Below, one piece after another: positions 50,201-58,220 of a stretch of DNA of 64,000 bases. Below the pieces are notes generated by a model. It was not told where the DNA came from. It saw only the letters and a list, made by a program, of their open reading frames with translations, and searched no databases. Origin of the DNA: Fidelibacterota bacterium (GTDB taxonomy: Bacteria > Fidelibacterota > Marinisomatia > Marinisomatales > Marinisomataceae); the NCBI GenBank assembly GCA_002701645.1, contig NZWP01000012.1, forward strand, positions 45,580 to 109,579. Reading direction: 5' to 3'. Positions within the stretch are counted from its first letter, which is position 1, and every line of letters begins with the position of its first letter. Both the position numbers and the translations under genes were made by a program.

Positions 50201-50807
50201 AATTGATTATCAAAATATCAAATATGCAAAAGAATATGCTATGTTTGTAAAGAAAGTTTATAAGGCGGAAAAGAAAGAGCGTTCTGCATCTATTCTATCA
50301 CAAAATGTCGCAAAATACCTTTTTAAATTGATGGCAACTAAAGATGAATATGAAGTAGCAAGGCTTTCATTGAAAGCCGAATTAGATATGGCATTAAGTC
50401 AAGAATTCGGAACATCAGCAACAGTACATTATATGTTACATCCGCCATTTTTAAAAGGATTAGCGAATATCCCATTATTAAATAGAATACCTGGAGTAAA
50501 ATCAAAATTAGCATTGGGATCATGGTTTAGACCGTTCTATATGTTACTTAAGCATTTGAAATTCATTCGTGGGACTAGATTTGACCTTATGGCATTATTT
50601 AGTAGTGATGTGCGTAAGGCAGATAGAGAAGTTTTAGATCATTATAAATCTCATATAATCAATAACCTTTCTAATATTGGTAACGGAAAATATGAAAAAT
50701 TAATTAGTTTTTCTGTATTGCCTAATCATGTTAGAGGGTATGAAGAAGTAAGGCTTGAAAGTATGAAAACCTATTATCACAAGGCTGAAGAAATTTTTAA
50801 GTCTTAG
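47280..50807 (+). CDS. Indolepyruvate/2-oxoacid:ferredoxin oxidoreductase family protein (fused alpha-beta, about 1175 aa)
   Basis: N-terminal block LNDKYTLFEGRVILSGIQALVRL. TPP region GIGCH...GDGTFFHSG. Ferredoxin-type cluster CEGCGDCGVKSNC...CVDGNCPSF. The C-terminal domain is IorB-like. Confidence 0.85.
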   Translation: MTGQMLKTNFSLNDKYTLFEGRVILSGIQALVRLLLDQHRADLIKGINTGTLVSGYRGSPVGTLDINLVKNKKLLDEHNVKFIPGVNEDLGATLIYGSQMAGMVSNVKYDGVLGMWYGKAPGVDRSGDIFRHANFLGVGKNGGVLAVAGDDPSCKSSTLPSQSEPALFDAMMPIFYPGNVQEILDLGRYAYEMSRYSGLWSGFKIVTDIADGFGSAFVDPQRVNITIPDFTYNGKPWKHTQNAKLVGHHSLPTEKEIHLGRIKAAKHFLASNPINKITVQGNQDKFGIITAGKTYYDIIEAFESLGWTTDYLNKAGIRILKLGATFPVDSAMINQFSNGLDEIFVIEEKRSFIEMLVKEEMYNHSNKPIIVGKYDENNKNLIPGYGELTADHLAKILFNRYSKKMNIESTNTKINILSDIDNRVYAQSLSTRSMYYCSGCPHNTSTVKLPEGDDFAFGGIGCHLMAMFVDDGKAFGTTQMGGEGAQWAGMEPFIEKEHMFQNVGDGTFFHSGSLALRQAVAANSHITYKILYNRAVAMTGAQAPDGALDLPELTKYLKSEGVEKIIVTTDDTSAYNSIEKSRWEKDVEILHRDNIIDAQKKLKAIKGVTVLIHDQSCAANLRRLRKRGLAHEPKERIFINEALCEGCGDCGVKSNCLSVQPIKTEYGRKTQIDQPSCNKDYSCVDGNCPSFLKVIPSEKQDKRVLPEINLQSSKISEPKKANTKIGNIFMLGIGGTGVVTVNQIISTAAFLENKKVIALDQTGLSQKGGSVVSHLKILEQENEDCSSRVANGESDAYLVFDLLTGSNPKNMEKLNVKRSISVISTSEIPTGDMVRSTKSEYPDAEHMIGLIKEFSKKHVLLNATELSEHFFGSNMQANFIVIGAAYQSGAIPIDATSIEEAININGVAIKNNTDAFNIGRTLISDPLWIESMSLYRTGDLNPTPAVGKEAKKIIDSIKPDKDLRNVLEYRIPELIDYQNIKYAKEYAMFVKKVYKAEKKERSASILSQNVAKYLFKLMATKDEYEVARLSLKAELDMALSQEFGTSATVHYMLHPPFLKGLANIPLLNRIPGVKSKLALGSWFRPFYMLLKHLKFIRGTRFDLMALFSSDVRKADREVLDHYKSHIINNLSNIGNGKYEKLISFSVLPNHVRGYEEVRLESMKTYYHKAEEIFKS

Positions 50808-50895
50808 GGTTTTATTTTTATTTCAACTTTATAGAATAGCCAGTATATTTATTCCGATTAAATTTATATATTAAAATATTAAGGGATATTCACTT

Positions 50896-53436
50896 ATGAC
50901 AAAAAAAATACTATTAACTTTATCATTTTTAGCTCTTCTAAACGCACAACAAGCCGATGATCGCGATCAATGGATAAGATGTGCTTCAGACGAACTAGAA
51001 CAAGAATTGCAATTAATTAATCCAGAATTTATTGCAAAGCGTGATGCTTATATTGAGCGTGGTCAGCAAATGCTTAAAGACAATCCTCAATGGCGTACAG
51101 ATGCTAACAGTCAAAATACTATTTATATCCCTGTAATATTCCACGTGCTTTATAATTCTAGTGCAGGTAATCTTTCTGCTGCTCAAATTGGGGCAAACCT
51201 TGATCAAATTAATTTAGACTTTCAAAATCAAAATCCAGATGGAGATGAAATTCCATCTTCTGCAAATCCTAGTGATGCACCTAATGATCCTGGCGTAGAT
51301 TATAGTCATCAAGCTGCAAGAGGTATTCATCAAATCAAATTTGTAGGAGCACAAGGAGAGCTAACGGGTAGTACTCTAGTGGAAGACATATCTATTCGTA
51401 GATATAATATTAGTCAGTCTACTGTAAGTGGAGTAAGCGAAGCAAGTAGTTTGGCTAGCTCAACAAGTTGTGGTAATTGTCCAGATAATGGCTATCAAAA
51501 TGGATTTTTAAATGTTTATATTGCTCCTTTAACAGGCGGTCTTTTAGGTCAGGCATATTTAGGATATCCTGAGTCAGTAGTATTAGCTGGTTCAGTGGGA
51601 TCTGTTGAAAATCCTGGAACTACCGGCGGCTATAATGTAGGAAGAACATTAACACATGAATTAGGCCATAATTTTACCTACAATCATGTATTTAACGCGA
51701 ATACTTGTGGAACACAATATTGGAATGATATTCCACCACAGACAGTAAATAATCGTAGCGCTGAGATTTATGAATGGCCAGCAGGTAGTGGTAATTTTTA
51801 TGGAAGATATGGTGAGAATAGCTGCATTGCTACAAGCGGTATGGGTGATCAATTTATGAATTATATGGATTATGTGTATGATGATCAGATGCGCATGTTC
51901 TCCGAAGAACAAGCCTTAGAAGGGTATGCTTGGGCAGCTGGAAGAAATTGGGAGCAAGTTGCTAATGGAGTGAATGTGACATTAAGCTCTGATGTATCTT
52001 ATGCGACCACAAATGATGGATTTACTGTAACTGTAGCATTTGGAGAAAGTATGACTGGTTTCACAGAAAGTGATTTAGTCATTACCAATGGATCGGTAAG
52101 TAATTTTAATGGAGGAGATGGAACAACATATAGTTTTGATGTTGTTGCAGCAGCTGACGGAGAAGTAACGGTTGATATTGCAGAAAATTCATGTGTTGGA
52201 GCAACAACAGGATATTCCAATTTTGCATCCAATACACTTTCAGTGATTGTAGATAGGGTAGGGCCAACTGCGGGAGATGTATCGATTACAAACTTAGTAG
52301 ATACGCAGTATATTACACGAAACCCTAACGTATCAATATCATTGGATAATTTTTATGATGCTACAAGTGGGATTGCCCTTTATTATGTTGCTGTAGGAAC
52401 ATCAATAGGAGGAGGAGATGTATTGGCATATACGCCTTATACTGGAACCCAGTTCAATTTGAATGCACTTTCTTTAAATGATTATCAACAATATTTTGTG
52501 AGTGTATATGGACAAGATTTAGTAGGACTTAATTCTACAACAACATCTGCTTCATTCTATTATTTTGGAACATTATTGGGAGATTCTAATAACGATTGGG
52601 TAATTGATTTTACAGACTATACTTCTTTTATGTCCAATTATCCAGGTATTGATATTGCACCCGTAACAGGTAGTGCACCGTACTTCTTTCCTAATTTTGA
52701 CGGAGTATCTGATATACAAGATTTAGCCATGTTTGAGTCCCTATGGAATTGGTCTATTGACGTCAATGGAAGAACCGTACCAAATTATACCGTACAAGGC
52801 GTATCACCATTTTTACGCGTCTTAAATAGCCAGCTTATTGTTAAGTTTCCATCAGAGACTGAAACAGCACAAGTTTATTTTGATTACGATCCAGAGAAGT
52901 ATAATGTAGGTCTGCTTTCTGGTAGTACAACGAATCAATTAATTTTAAGCAATAACGATCAAGCAAATGGAGTGATACAAGTAGAAGTAGGAGACTATGG
53001 TTCTACCACCTCATCTACTGAAGATAAAACAGAGCTTTATTTTAGTTTTGAAAATTTAACAGACACTTATGAGTTTCTAAAAATAAGTTATTCAGCTTAT
53101 AATCAATATAATCAGATTGTTGCTGAGGGATATAATTTATTACAAACTGCACCATCAACATATCGCTTATCTCAGAGTTACCCGAATCCATTCACTGGCG
53201 GTGGAACCACTATTGATTTTGATATGCCTACAACAGAGCGTATTACAATGGTTATTATGGATATTCGTGGAAGAGTAGTGCGAACCCTGATTAATAATGA
53301 AGAACGTTTTGGATACCAATCTGTTCAATGGGATGCAAAAAATGATGATGGAGACGATGTCAGTAGCGGGGTATATTTCTATCAGATTCGCTCTAGCAAT
53401 TTTAACGCAGTCGGTAAATTGGTTTTTGTTAAATAA
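50896..53436 (+). CDS. Secreted M43 (pappalysin/cytophagalysin-type) zinc metalloprotease with Ig-like and dockerin-like repeats and a T9SS C-terminal sorting domain
   Basis: Signal peptide present. The metzincin motif is HELGHNFTYNH and the Met-turn region is FMNYMDY. A GDSNNDWVIDFTDY Ca-binding-like repeat is present. The C-terminus (YPNPF...GVYFYQIRS....GKLVFVK) is typical of a T9SS type A CTD. Confidence 0.75.
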   Translation: MTKKILLTLSFLALLNAQQADDRDQWIRCASDELEQELQLINPEFIAKRDAYIERGQQMLKDNPQWRTDANSQNTIYIPVIFHVLYNSSAGNLSAAQIGANLDQINLDFQNQNPDGDEIPSSANPSDAPNDPGVDYSHQAARGIHQIKFVGAQGELTGSTLVEDISIRRYNISQSTVSGVSEASSLASSTSCGNCPDNGYQNGFLNVYIAPLTGGLLGQAYLGYPESVVLAGSVGSVENPGTTGGYNVGRTLTHELGHNFTYNHVFNANTCGTQYWNDIPPQTVNNRSAEIYEWPAGSGNFYGRYGENSCIATSGMGDQFMNYMDYVYDDQMRMFSEEQALEGYAWAAGRNWEQVANGVNVTLSSDVSYATTNDGFTVTVAFGESMTGFTESDLVITNGSVSNFNGGDGTTYSFDVVAAADGEVTVDIAENSCVGATTGYSNFASNTLSVIVDRVGPTAGDVSITNLVDTQYITRNPNVSISLDNFYDATSGIALYYVAVGTSIGGGDVLAYTPYTGTQFNLNALSLNDYQQYFVSVYGQDLVGLNSTTTSASFYYFGTLLGDSNNDWVIDFTDYTSFMSNYPGIDIAPVTGSAPYFFPNFDGVSDIQDLAMFESLWNWSIDVNGRTVPNYTVQGVSPFLRVLNSQLIVKFPSETETAQVYFDYDPEKYNVGLLSGSTTNQLILSNNDQANGVIQVEVGDYGSTTSSTEDKTELYFSFENLTDTYEFLKISYSAYNQYNQIVAEGYNLLQTAPSTYRLSQSYPNPFTGGGTTIDFDMPTTERITMVIMDIRGRVVRTLINNEERFGYQSVQWDAKNDDGDDVSSGVYFYQIRSSNFNAVGKLVFVK

Positions 53437-53455
53437 GTAAAATCATATAAAATCT

Positions 53456-54421
53456 ATGTTAGAATCTAAACCTACGTTAAAAGACGTCCAGTCTGCGCAA
53501 TCATTAACGGCTTCTATTGTACGTAAAACCCCTATCTTAACATCAGAGCATTTTAATGAGTTATTAGGGATGGAATTATTTTTTAAGTGTGACAACTTTC
53601 AGAAGACAGGCTCTTTTAAGATAAGAGGTGCTTCCAATGCTATTTTTTCTTTAAATGAACAAGAATCTGCTCAAGGAGTTGCTTGCCAGTCATCAGGGAA
53701 TCATGGAGGCGCTATAGCGTGTGCTGCAGCCCTTAAAGGGGTGCATGCAGACATTGTTATGGCTAAGAGCGTATCAAAGGCTAAAATTCATAATGTGCGT
53801 ACTTATAATGGGAATATGATCTTTTGTGATTCTATGTCAGAAAGAGATGCATTGTTTGCAAAAACAGTAGAAGAAAATAATCGTATTTCAATTCATCCTT
53901 ATGATAACTATTCTGTAATGGCAGGACAGGGCACTATTGGCCTTGAAATTGTAGACCAAGTACCAGAATTTGATTCTGTCGTTGTTCCAATTGGTGGTGG
54001 AGGCTTAATTAGTGGTATATCGATTGCACTAAAAGGATTAAATCATTCAGCAAAGATTATTGGATGCGAACCAACCAGTGTCGATGATACGCATCAAATG
54101 TATACAGCAAATAAGCGTATTGAGATGCAACATAGAGAGTCTGTTGCAGATGGACTGATGGGAATCGTTGGTCATTTGACCTTACCTATCATTCAAGAGA
54201 GTGTAGATGATATCGTATTGGCATCAGAAGAACAGATTATTGATGCAACGCGATTAATTTGGGAGCGCATGAAGATTATTATAGAACCTTCTTCTGCATT
54301 AACGCTTGCCAGTATTATGGCGAATAAAGAAAAATTTATAGGGCAGAAAATCGTATTAATCATTACAGGAGGTAATGTAGATCTTGTCTCCTTGCCTTGG
54401 CAAAAAGTCGGTAAAGAATAA
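53456..54421 (+). CDS. PLP-dependent serine/threonine dehydratase family (threonine ammonia-lyase / serine racemase-like, no ACT domain)
   Basis: PLP-lysine block FQKTGSFKIRGA, then SSGNHG and the Gly loop GGGGLISG, in 321 aa. Confidence 0.8.
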   Translation: MLESKPTLKDVQSAQSLTASIVRKTPILTSEHFNELLGMELFFKCDNFQKTGSFKIRGASNAIFSLNEQESAQGVACQSSGNHGGAIACAAALKGVHADIVMAKSVSKAKIHNVRTYNGNMIFCDSMSERDALFAKTVEENNRISIHPYDNYSVMAGQGTIGLEIVDQVPEFDSVVVPIGGGGLISGISIALKGLNHSAKIIGCEPTSVDDTHQMYTANKRIEMQHRESVADGLMGIVGHLTLPIIQESVDDIVLASEEQIIDATRLIWERMKIIIEPSSALTLASIMANKEKFIGQKIVLIITGGNVDLVSLPWQKVGKE

Positions 54422-54446
54422 TTATTATTTCATAAGTATTAGGCAT

Positions 54447-54479
54447 AAAAAAAGCCCTCAAAAAATGAGGGCTTTTTTA
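54447..54479. terminator. Bidirectional rho-independent terminator between convergent genes
   Basis: AAAAAAGCCCTCAaaaaaTGAGGGCTTTTTT. This is an 8-9 bp GC-rich stem with a 5-nt loop, an A-tract on one side and a T-tract on the other. Confidence 0.85.
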
Positions 54480-54499
54480 TTTTTCATTGAAACTATCTT

Positions 54500-57400
54500 T
54501 TACAGATCGTATCCAACACTTAGTGTTGTGAATCTACCCATTGCAGGGCCTAAGTAAGTTTCTTTGTGTACAACATCAGTAATGTTATCAATTGATAAAC
54601 CAATTGACATACCATCTAGTCCATCAATGTTCCATTTACCATTTACACCAAGAGTGTAGAATGATTCAATGTCGCCAGAAGTACCAGCGAATCCGGTAGC
54701 AGTGTGTGAACCCTGGTAACGTAATGACATTCCGTAAGACGAGCTTTCGCCTGCGTACTGCATTCCACCACCCATTTTAAATTCAGGGGTGTTCATGTTT
54801 ATGTCACTTGAACGTCCAGCACCATCTTTACCTTCTAGACTACTGTCACTTAGCAGTGACATATTGATATAGAAGTTCCAGTCATCACTTGGAAAGTAAT
54901 TTAGAGTTGCTTCTAGACCACTTAAGTTAAGGTCTTCAGTTAACTGTTTGTACCCAATAATAATGTTTCCACCATAAGGGGATTGTGATGGAGCAATTGA
55001 ACCCATTGGAAGTTGAGCAACTTGACCTGCAATTAATGCAGCAAGTTCGTCAGCACCACCATACGCTCCATTAGCATCAAGTGCGCTAACAAAGTTCGTT
55101 AGGTTGTCATTGCCGTACATTGCCGTAAGCAATGCCGCAACATAACTTCCACCATCAGCAGCCATAATAGTATAACCACTAATTTGTGATAAGCCTGATA
55201 TATAATCAGCGATATTCAGTTTATAAACATCTAATGCTAATGTCATGTTGTCACTTATTTGGCCTTTATATCCAATTTCTGTTTGAGTCCAAGTAGTTTC
55301 TTTAGTGACCGCGTAGTCACCAAACTCTACGTCTGGATCTACCACAGTTAGAGCAGGACCAAGAACCAGATTACCAATAGTTGGTATTGCTGTTCCCATT
55401 AAAGTCATAAAGTCCGCTGCTGCTATACCTGTTTGTTGCGCACCATAAGCTGCTGCAGAACCATCTGCTACAACTGCTGCTGCGGCTGCTGCTGCGGCTG
55501 CTGCTGCAGTCGCTGCGTCAGCACCAAGACTGATATAATAGTTATATGTTCCAGTGTAAGTAGCGTTTACATAACCTTCAGCTACTGCTGCACCAAAGCC
55601 ACCCATCCAGGCTGCGCCTTGAGCAGATTGTAGTACTCCACCACCAATAACTGGGGCAAAGACTCCCCATAGTGCGCCATTAATAGTAGGATCGCTTAAG
55701 CTGTAATTAGTATTTACGCCTAACCCTAAAGCTGGTGACCAGTTTGAACGGAAAGTAAGATTTCCATTTGCATCTCTGTCATATGTCCAACCAGTTGTTG
55801 TTGATCCCATCGCTTTCGCTTGGAAGTCAGGTTGGAACGGTAATCCACCAAATGCTGGGTTAGTAAAGTCGATGCCATTAGCACCGTACACTAGATTAGT
55901 TCCTAGTACTGCGATATCAAGATTTTTAGTAAAGTTACCAGGTAAGTCAATATTTTGACCATAAGTAAGACGGAAAGTTCCTCTTACATCTTCAGGTGAC
56001 CATACTAACGCCAATTTTGGAGCAAACACTGATGATGTTCCAATATCGTCTAGGTAGTTATTACTATCCATTCTTCCAGTACCAACAAATTTAACATTGT
56101 CCCATTCTTTCTCATAAGAGAAGTATGCTCCAATGTTTTCGAAATCATCAATATCTTCATTTTTACCATTAATAGTTCCTCTGGTATCAGGAGTACGTTG
56201 TAACACGTCTCCACCATATACAATAGATTGACCATTAGATAGTTCTACGTTGTGTTGTACTTGGAGTGCAACATTTGATGATTGATCATATACAATATTA
56301 CCTGTTGATAAATTGTATGTACTTGGTTGATCATTCCAATTCGTAAATAGATTTAAAAATAAATCTCCACCAGCAACGTCTTGTCTTGTGTAAGACATTT
56401 GAGCTCGGTATAGACTTGCATCATCTGCAAACGCTCTACCAACACCAGTCATTTCAATCGCAGAAACATTTGCTGCTTCGAAGTTAACTGATAAGCTAGA
56501 TTTTAAATCAGGACGAATATCAGTTCTCATACTCACTGATGTTGCTTCCGGACTAAAATCGAATGAAGCGTCATTAGGAGCTCCACCAACTGGATCGTTG
56601 TATGGATCATCCTCTCCACCATATGTTCTAAATGGATAATTTGGAGTTTGTAGTGCTCTACGAATACTTGCAGGTTCCCAATAGTTGTGACCCTGTGCAT
56701 TCGCTTCTGCTTGTGTATGTGGCATGTCAGCATCCCAGTCATTAAATGATCTGTGACTTACAGTCAAACGAGTTGCTGCTTTAGCACCCCATTGATGTGC
56801 AACACGTGCATATAGCTTCATATAATCTCTTTCTCCAACAGTCACAGAAACTCTGCTTCCTTGATTAAATGGAGATTTAGTAAAAAATGCAATTACACCT
56901 TGTTGTGTATCAGGACCCCACATCGGTGATGCAGGACCACGTACAAGCTCTACTCTTTCAACGTCTGAGTCATCTGGACCCACGAATTGAAGTAATTGAG
57001 CGTTAATAACAGGGGGTCTTGCCCAACGATTATCAACTACAGTGTGAATCGCACCAGAGAAAACACCATTAAAACCACGAACAGTCACATTAGACCCTTC
57101 AAGACCGGTTTTCATAGTTTCAACTCCAGCTCTGTTAGCTAAAATATCTGCAATAGTGATTGCGCCTCTGGCTTCTAATTCATCTCCGCCAAAAACTTCC
57201 ACACTAGCAGGTGCTTCAGTAACTAATTCTTTTTTAAAAGATGCAGATACTACAACTTGATTCAGTCTTATATTACCTGAGTCGAGAGTAAGATTTGCAT
57301 TGGTTGCTTGTCCACCACTAACGCTTACTACAATACTTGCCGAATCATATCCAATATATGAAGCAGTAAGTGTATAGTCACCGTCGCTTAAACCTGAAAT

Positions 57401-57583
57401 AGAGAATGATCCATCATTATTTGATGAAGCCCCCATATCAGTTCCTTCAACCATTACATTTGCACCAGCAAGAGCATTCCCGTCAGAACTAGAAACAGTA
57501 CCAGACACGGTTTGCGCAGTTAGTGTCGCAACAGACAAAAGAAAGACAAACAAGTATTTAAAACTTGGTTTGTTAAATTCCAT
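54500..57583 (-). CDS. TonB-dependent outer-membrane receptor with N-terminal CarboxypepD_reg-like domain
   Basis: Signal peptide present. The CarboxypepD_reg-like block is VSGTVSSSDGNALAGANVMVEGT...DGDYTLTASYIGY. The plug region is ELVTEAPASVEVFGGDELEARGAITIADILANRAGV. The C-terminal part of about 800 aa is beta-rich. SD AAGAGG lies upstream. Confidence 0.75.
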   Translation of the reverse strand: MEFNKPSFKYLFVFLLSVATLTAQTVSGTVSSSDGNALAGANVMVEGTDMGASSNNDGSFSISGLSDGDYTLTASYIGYDSASIVVSVSGGQATNANLTLDSGNIRLNQVVVSASFKKELVTEAPASVEVFGGDELEARGAITIADILANRAGVETMKTGLEGSNVTVRGFNGVFSGAIHTVVDNRWARPPVINAQLLQFVGPDDSDVERVELVRGPASPMWGPDTQQGVIAFFTKSPFNQGSRVSVTVGERDYMKLYARVAHQWGAKAATRLTVSHRSFNDWDADMPHTQAEANAQGHNYWEPASIRRALQTPNYPFRTYGGEDDPYNDPVGGAPNDASFDFSPEATSVSMRTDIRPDLKSSLSVNFEAANVSAIEMTGVGRAFADDASLYRAQMSYTRQDVAGGDLFLNLFTNWNDQPSTYNLSTGNIVYDQSSNVALQVQHNVELSNGQSIVYGGDVLQRTPDTRGTINGKNEDIDDFENIGAYFSYEKEWDNVKFVGTGRMDSNNYLDDIGTSSVFAPKLALVWSPEDVRGTFRLTYGQNIDLPGNFTKNLDIAVLGTNLVYGANGIDFTNPAFGGLPFQPDFQAKAMGSTTTGWTYDRDANGNLTFRSNWSPALGLGVNTNYSLSDPTINGALWGVFAPVIGGGVLQSAQGAAWMGGFGAAVAEGYVNATYTGTYNYYISLGADAATAAAAAAAAAAAVVADGSAAAYGAQQTGIAAADFMTLMGTAIPTIGNLVLGPALTVVDPDVEFGDYAVTKETTWTQTEIGYKGQISDNMTLALDVYKLNIADYISGLSQISGYTIMAADGGSYVAALLTAMYGNDNLTNFVSALDANGAYGGADELAALIAGQVAQLPMGSIAPSQSPYGGNIIIGYKQLTEDLNLSGLEATLNYFPSDDWNFYINMSLLSDSSLEGKDGAGRSSDINMNTPEFKMGGGMQYAGESSSYGMSLRYQGSHTATGFAGTSGDIESFYTLGVNGKWNIDGLDGMSIGLSIDNITDVVHKETYLGPAMGRFTTLSVGYDL
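55474..55509. repeat. Tandem 12-nt repeat (CTGCTGCTGCGG x2 plus CTGCTGCTGCAG) encoding a poly-Ala run in the TonB-dependent receptor
   Basis: Read directly from the sequence. On the minus strand it encodes GCA/GCC codons, giving ATAAAAAAAAAAAVVA. Confidence 0.85.
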
Positions 57584-57615
57584 TATTTATACCTCTTTTT
57601 ATTTTCAGTTAATTC

Positions 57616-57651
57616 TTATGTGATAAAAAACACCACATAATTGTCAATTAT
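57616..57651. promoter_or_regulatory. Overlapping inverted repeats in the divergent receptor/msrB intergenic region: TTATGTG-N11-CACATAA and the 7-1-7 palindrome ATAATTGtCAATTAT
   Basis: Read directly from the sequence. They lie 33-68 nt upstream of the receptor start codon. This is a candidate operator. Confidence 0.3.
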
Positions 57652-57719
57652 TTTTAAGGTACTACCTCAATTGAAAAAAACCAAATAAAAAATGGCATCT
57701 TGTTTGTAACTTATTTTCG

Positions 57720-58211
57720 ATGAAATATGTCAAAATTATATCAATACTAGTTACTTTTAACCTACTATATGGACAAACTACGGAAGAAATCATGAAAGAG
57801 AATAAAGAAAAATTAACGGATATACAGCATTATGTGACCCAATCCTGTGGAACAGAACCTGCATTCGATAATGAATATTGGGACAATAAAGAACAAGGAA
57901 TCTATGTTGATATTGTATCAGGTAAAGCGTTGTTTTCCTCTCTACATAAGTATGATTCTAATTCTGGTTGGCCATCTTTTTATCAACCAATCGATAAAGA
58001 AGATTTAGCGTTTAAGCAAGATTATGAGTTAATTCTTCCTCGAACAGAGGTCAAGGGGAAAGATAGCGATTCTCACTTAGGCCATGTTTTTAATGATGGG
58101 CCTAACCCTACAGGACTGCGTTATTGTATTAATTCAGCATCTCTAAAATTTATCTCATTAGCAGATATGGAAAAAGAAGGATATTCTCAGTATTTATCTT
58201 TATTTAATTAG
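57720..58211 (+). CDS. msrB: Peptide-methionine (R)-S-oxide reductase MsrB with an N-terminal signal peptide
   Basis: Carries [25 protein letters not shown] and the N-terminal hydrophobic leader [18 protein letters not shown]. Both zinc CxxC pairs are absent. Confidence 0.88.
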   Translation: MKYVKIISILVTFNLLYGQTTEEIMKENKEKLTDIQHYVTQSCGTEPAFDNEYWDNKEQGIYVDIVSGKALFSSLHKYDSNSGWPSFYQPIDKEDLAFKQDYELILPRTEVKGKDSDSHLGHVFNDGPNPTGLRYCINSASLKFISLADMEKEGYSQYLSLFN

Positions 58212-58220
58212 ATTGTAAAT

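Noticed and set aside
55433-55633. Cys-rich 66-aa ORF (…CCRTICYNCCCGCCCGCCCSRC…) that looks superficially like a RiPP or metallothionein-like peptide
   Set aside because: It lies entirely antisense inside the TonB-dependent receptor gene. The Cys run is just the reverse-complement reading of the GCN (Ala) tandem repeat, and there is no RBS or independent context.
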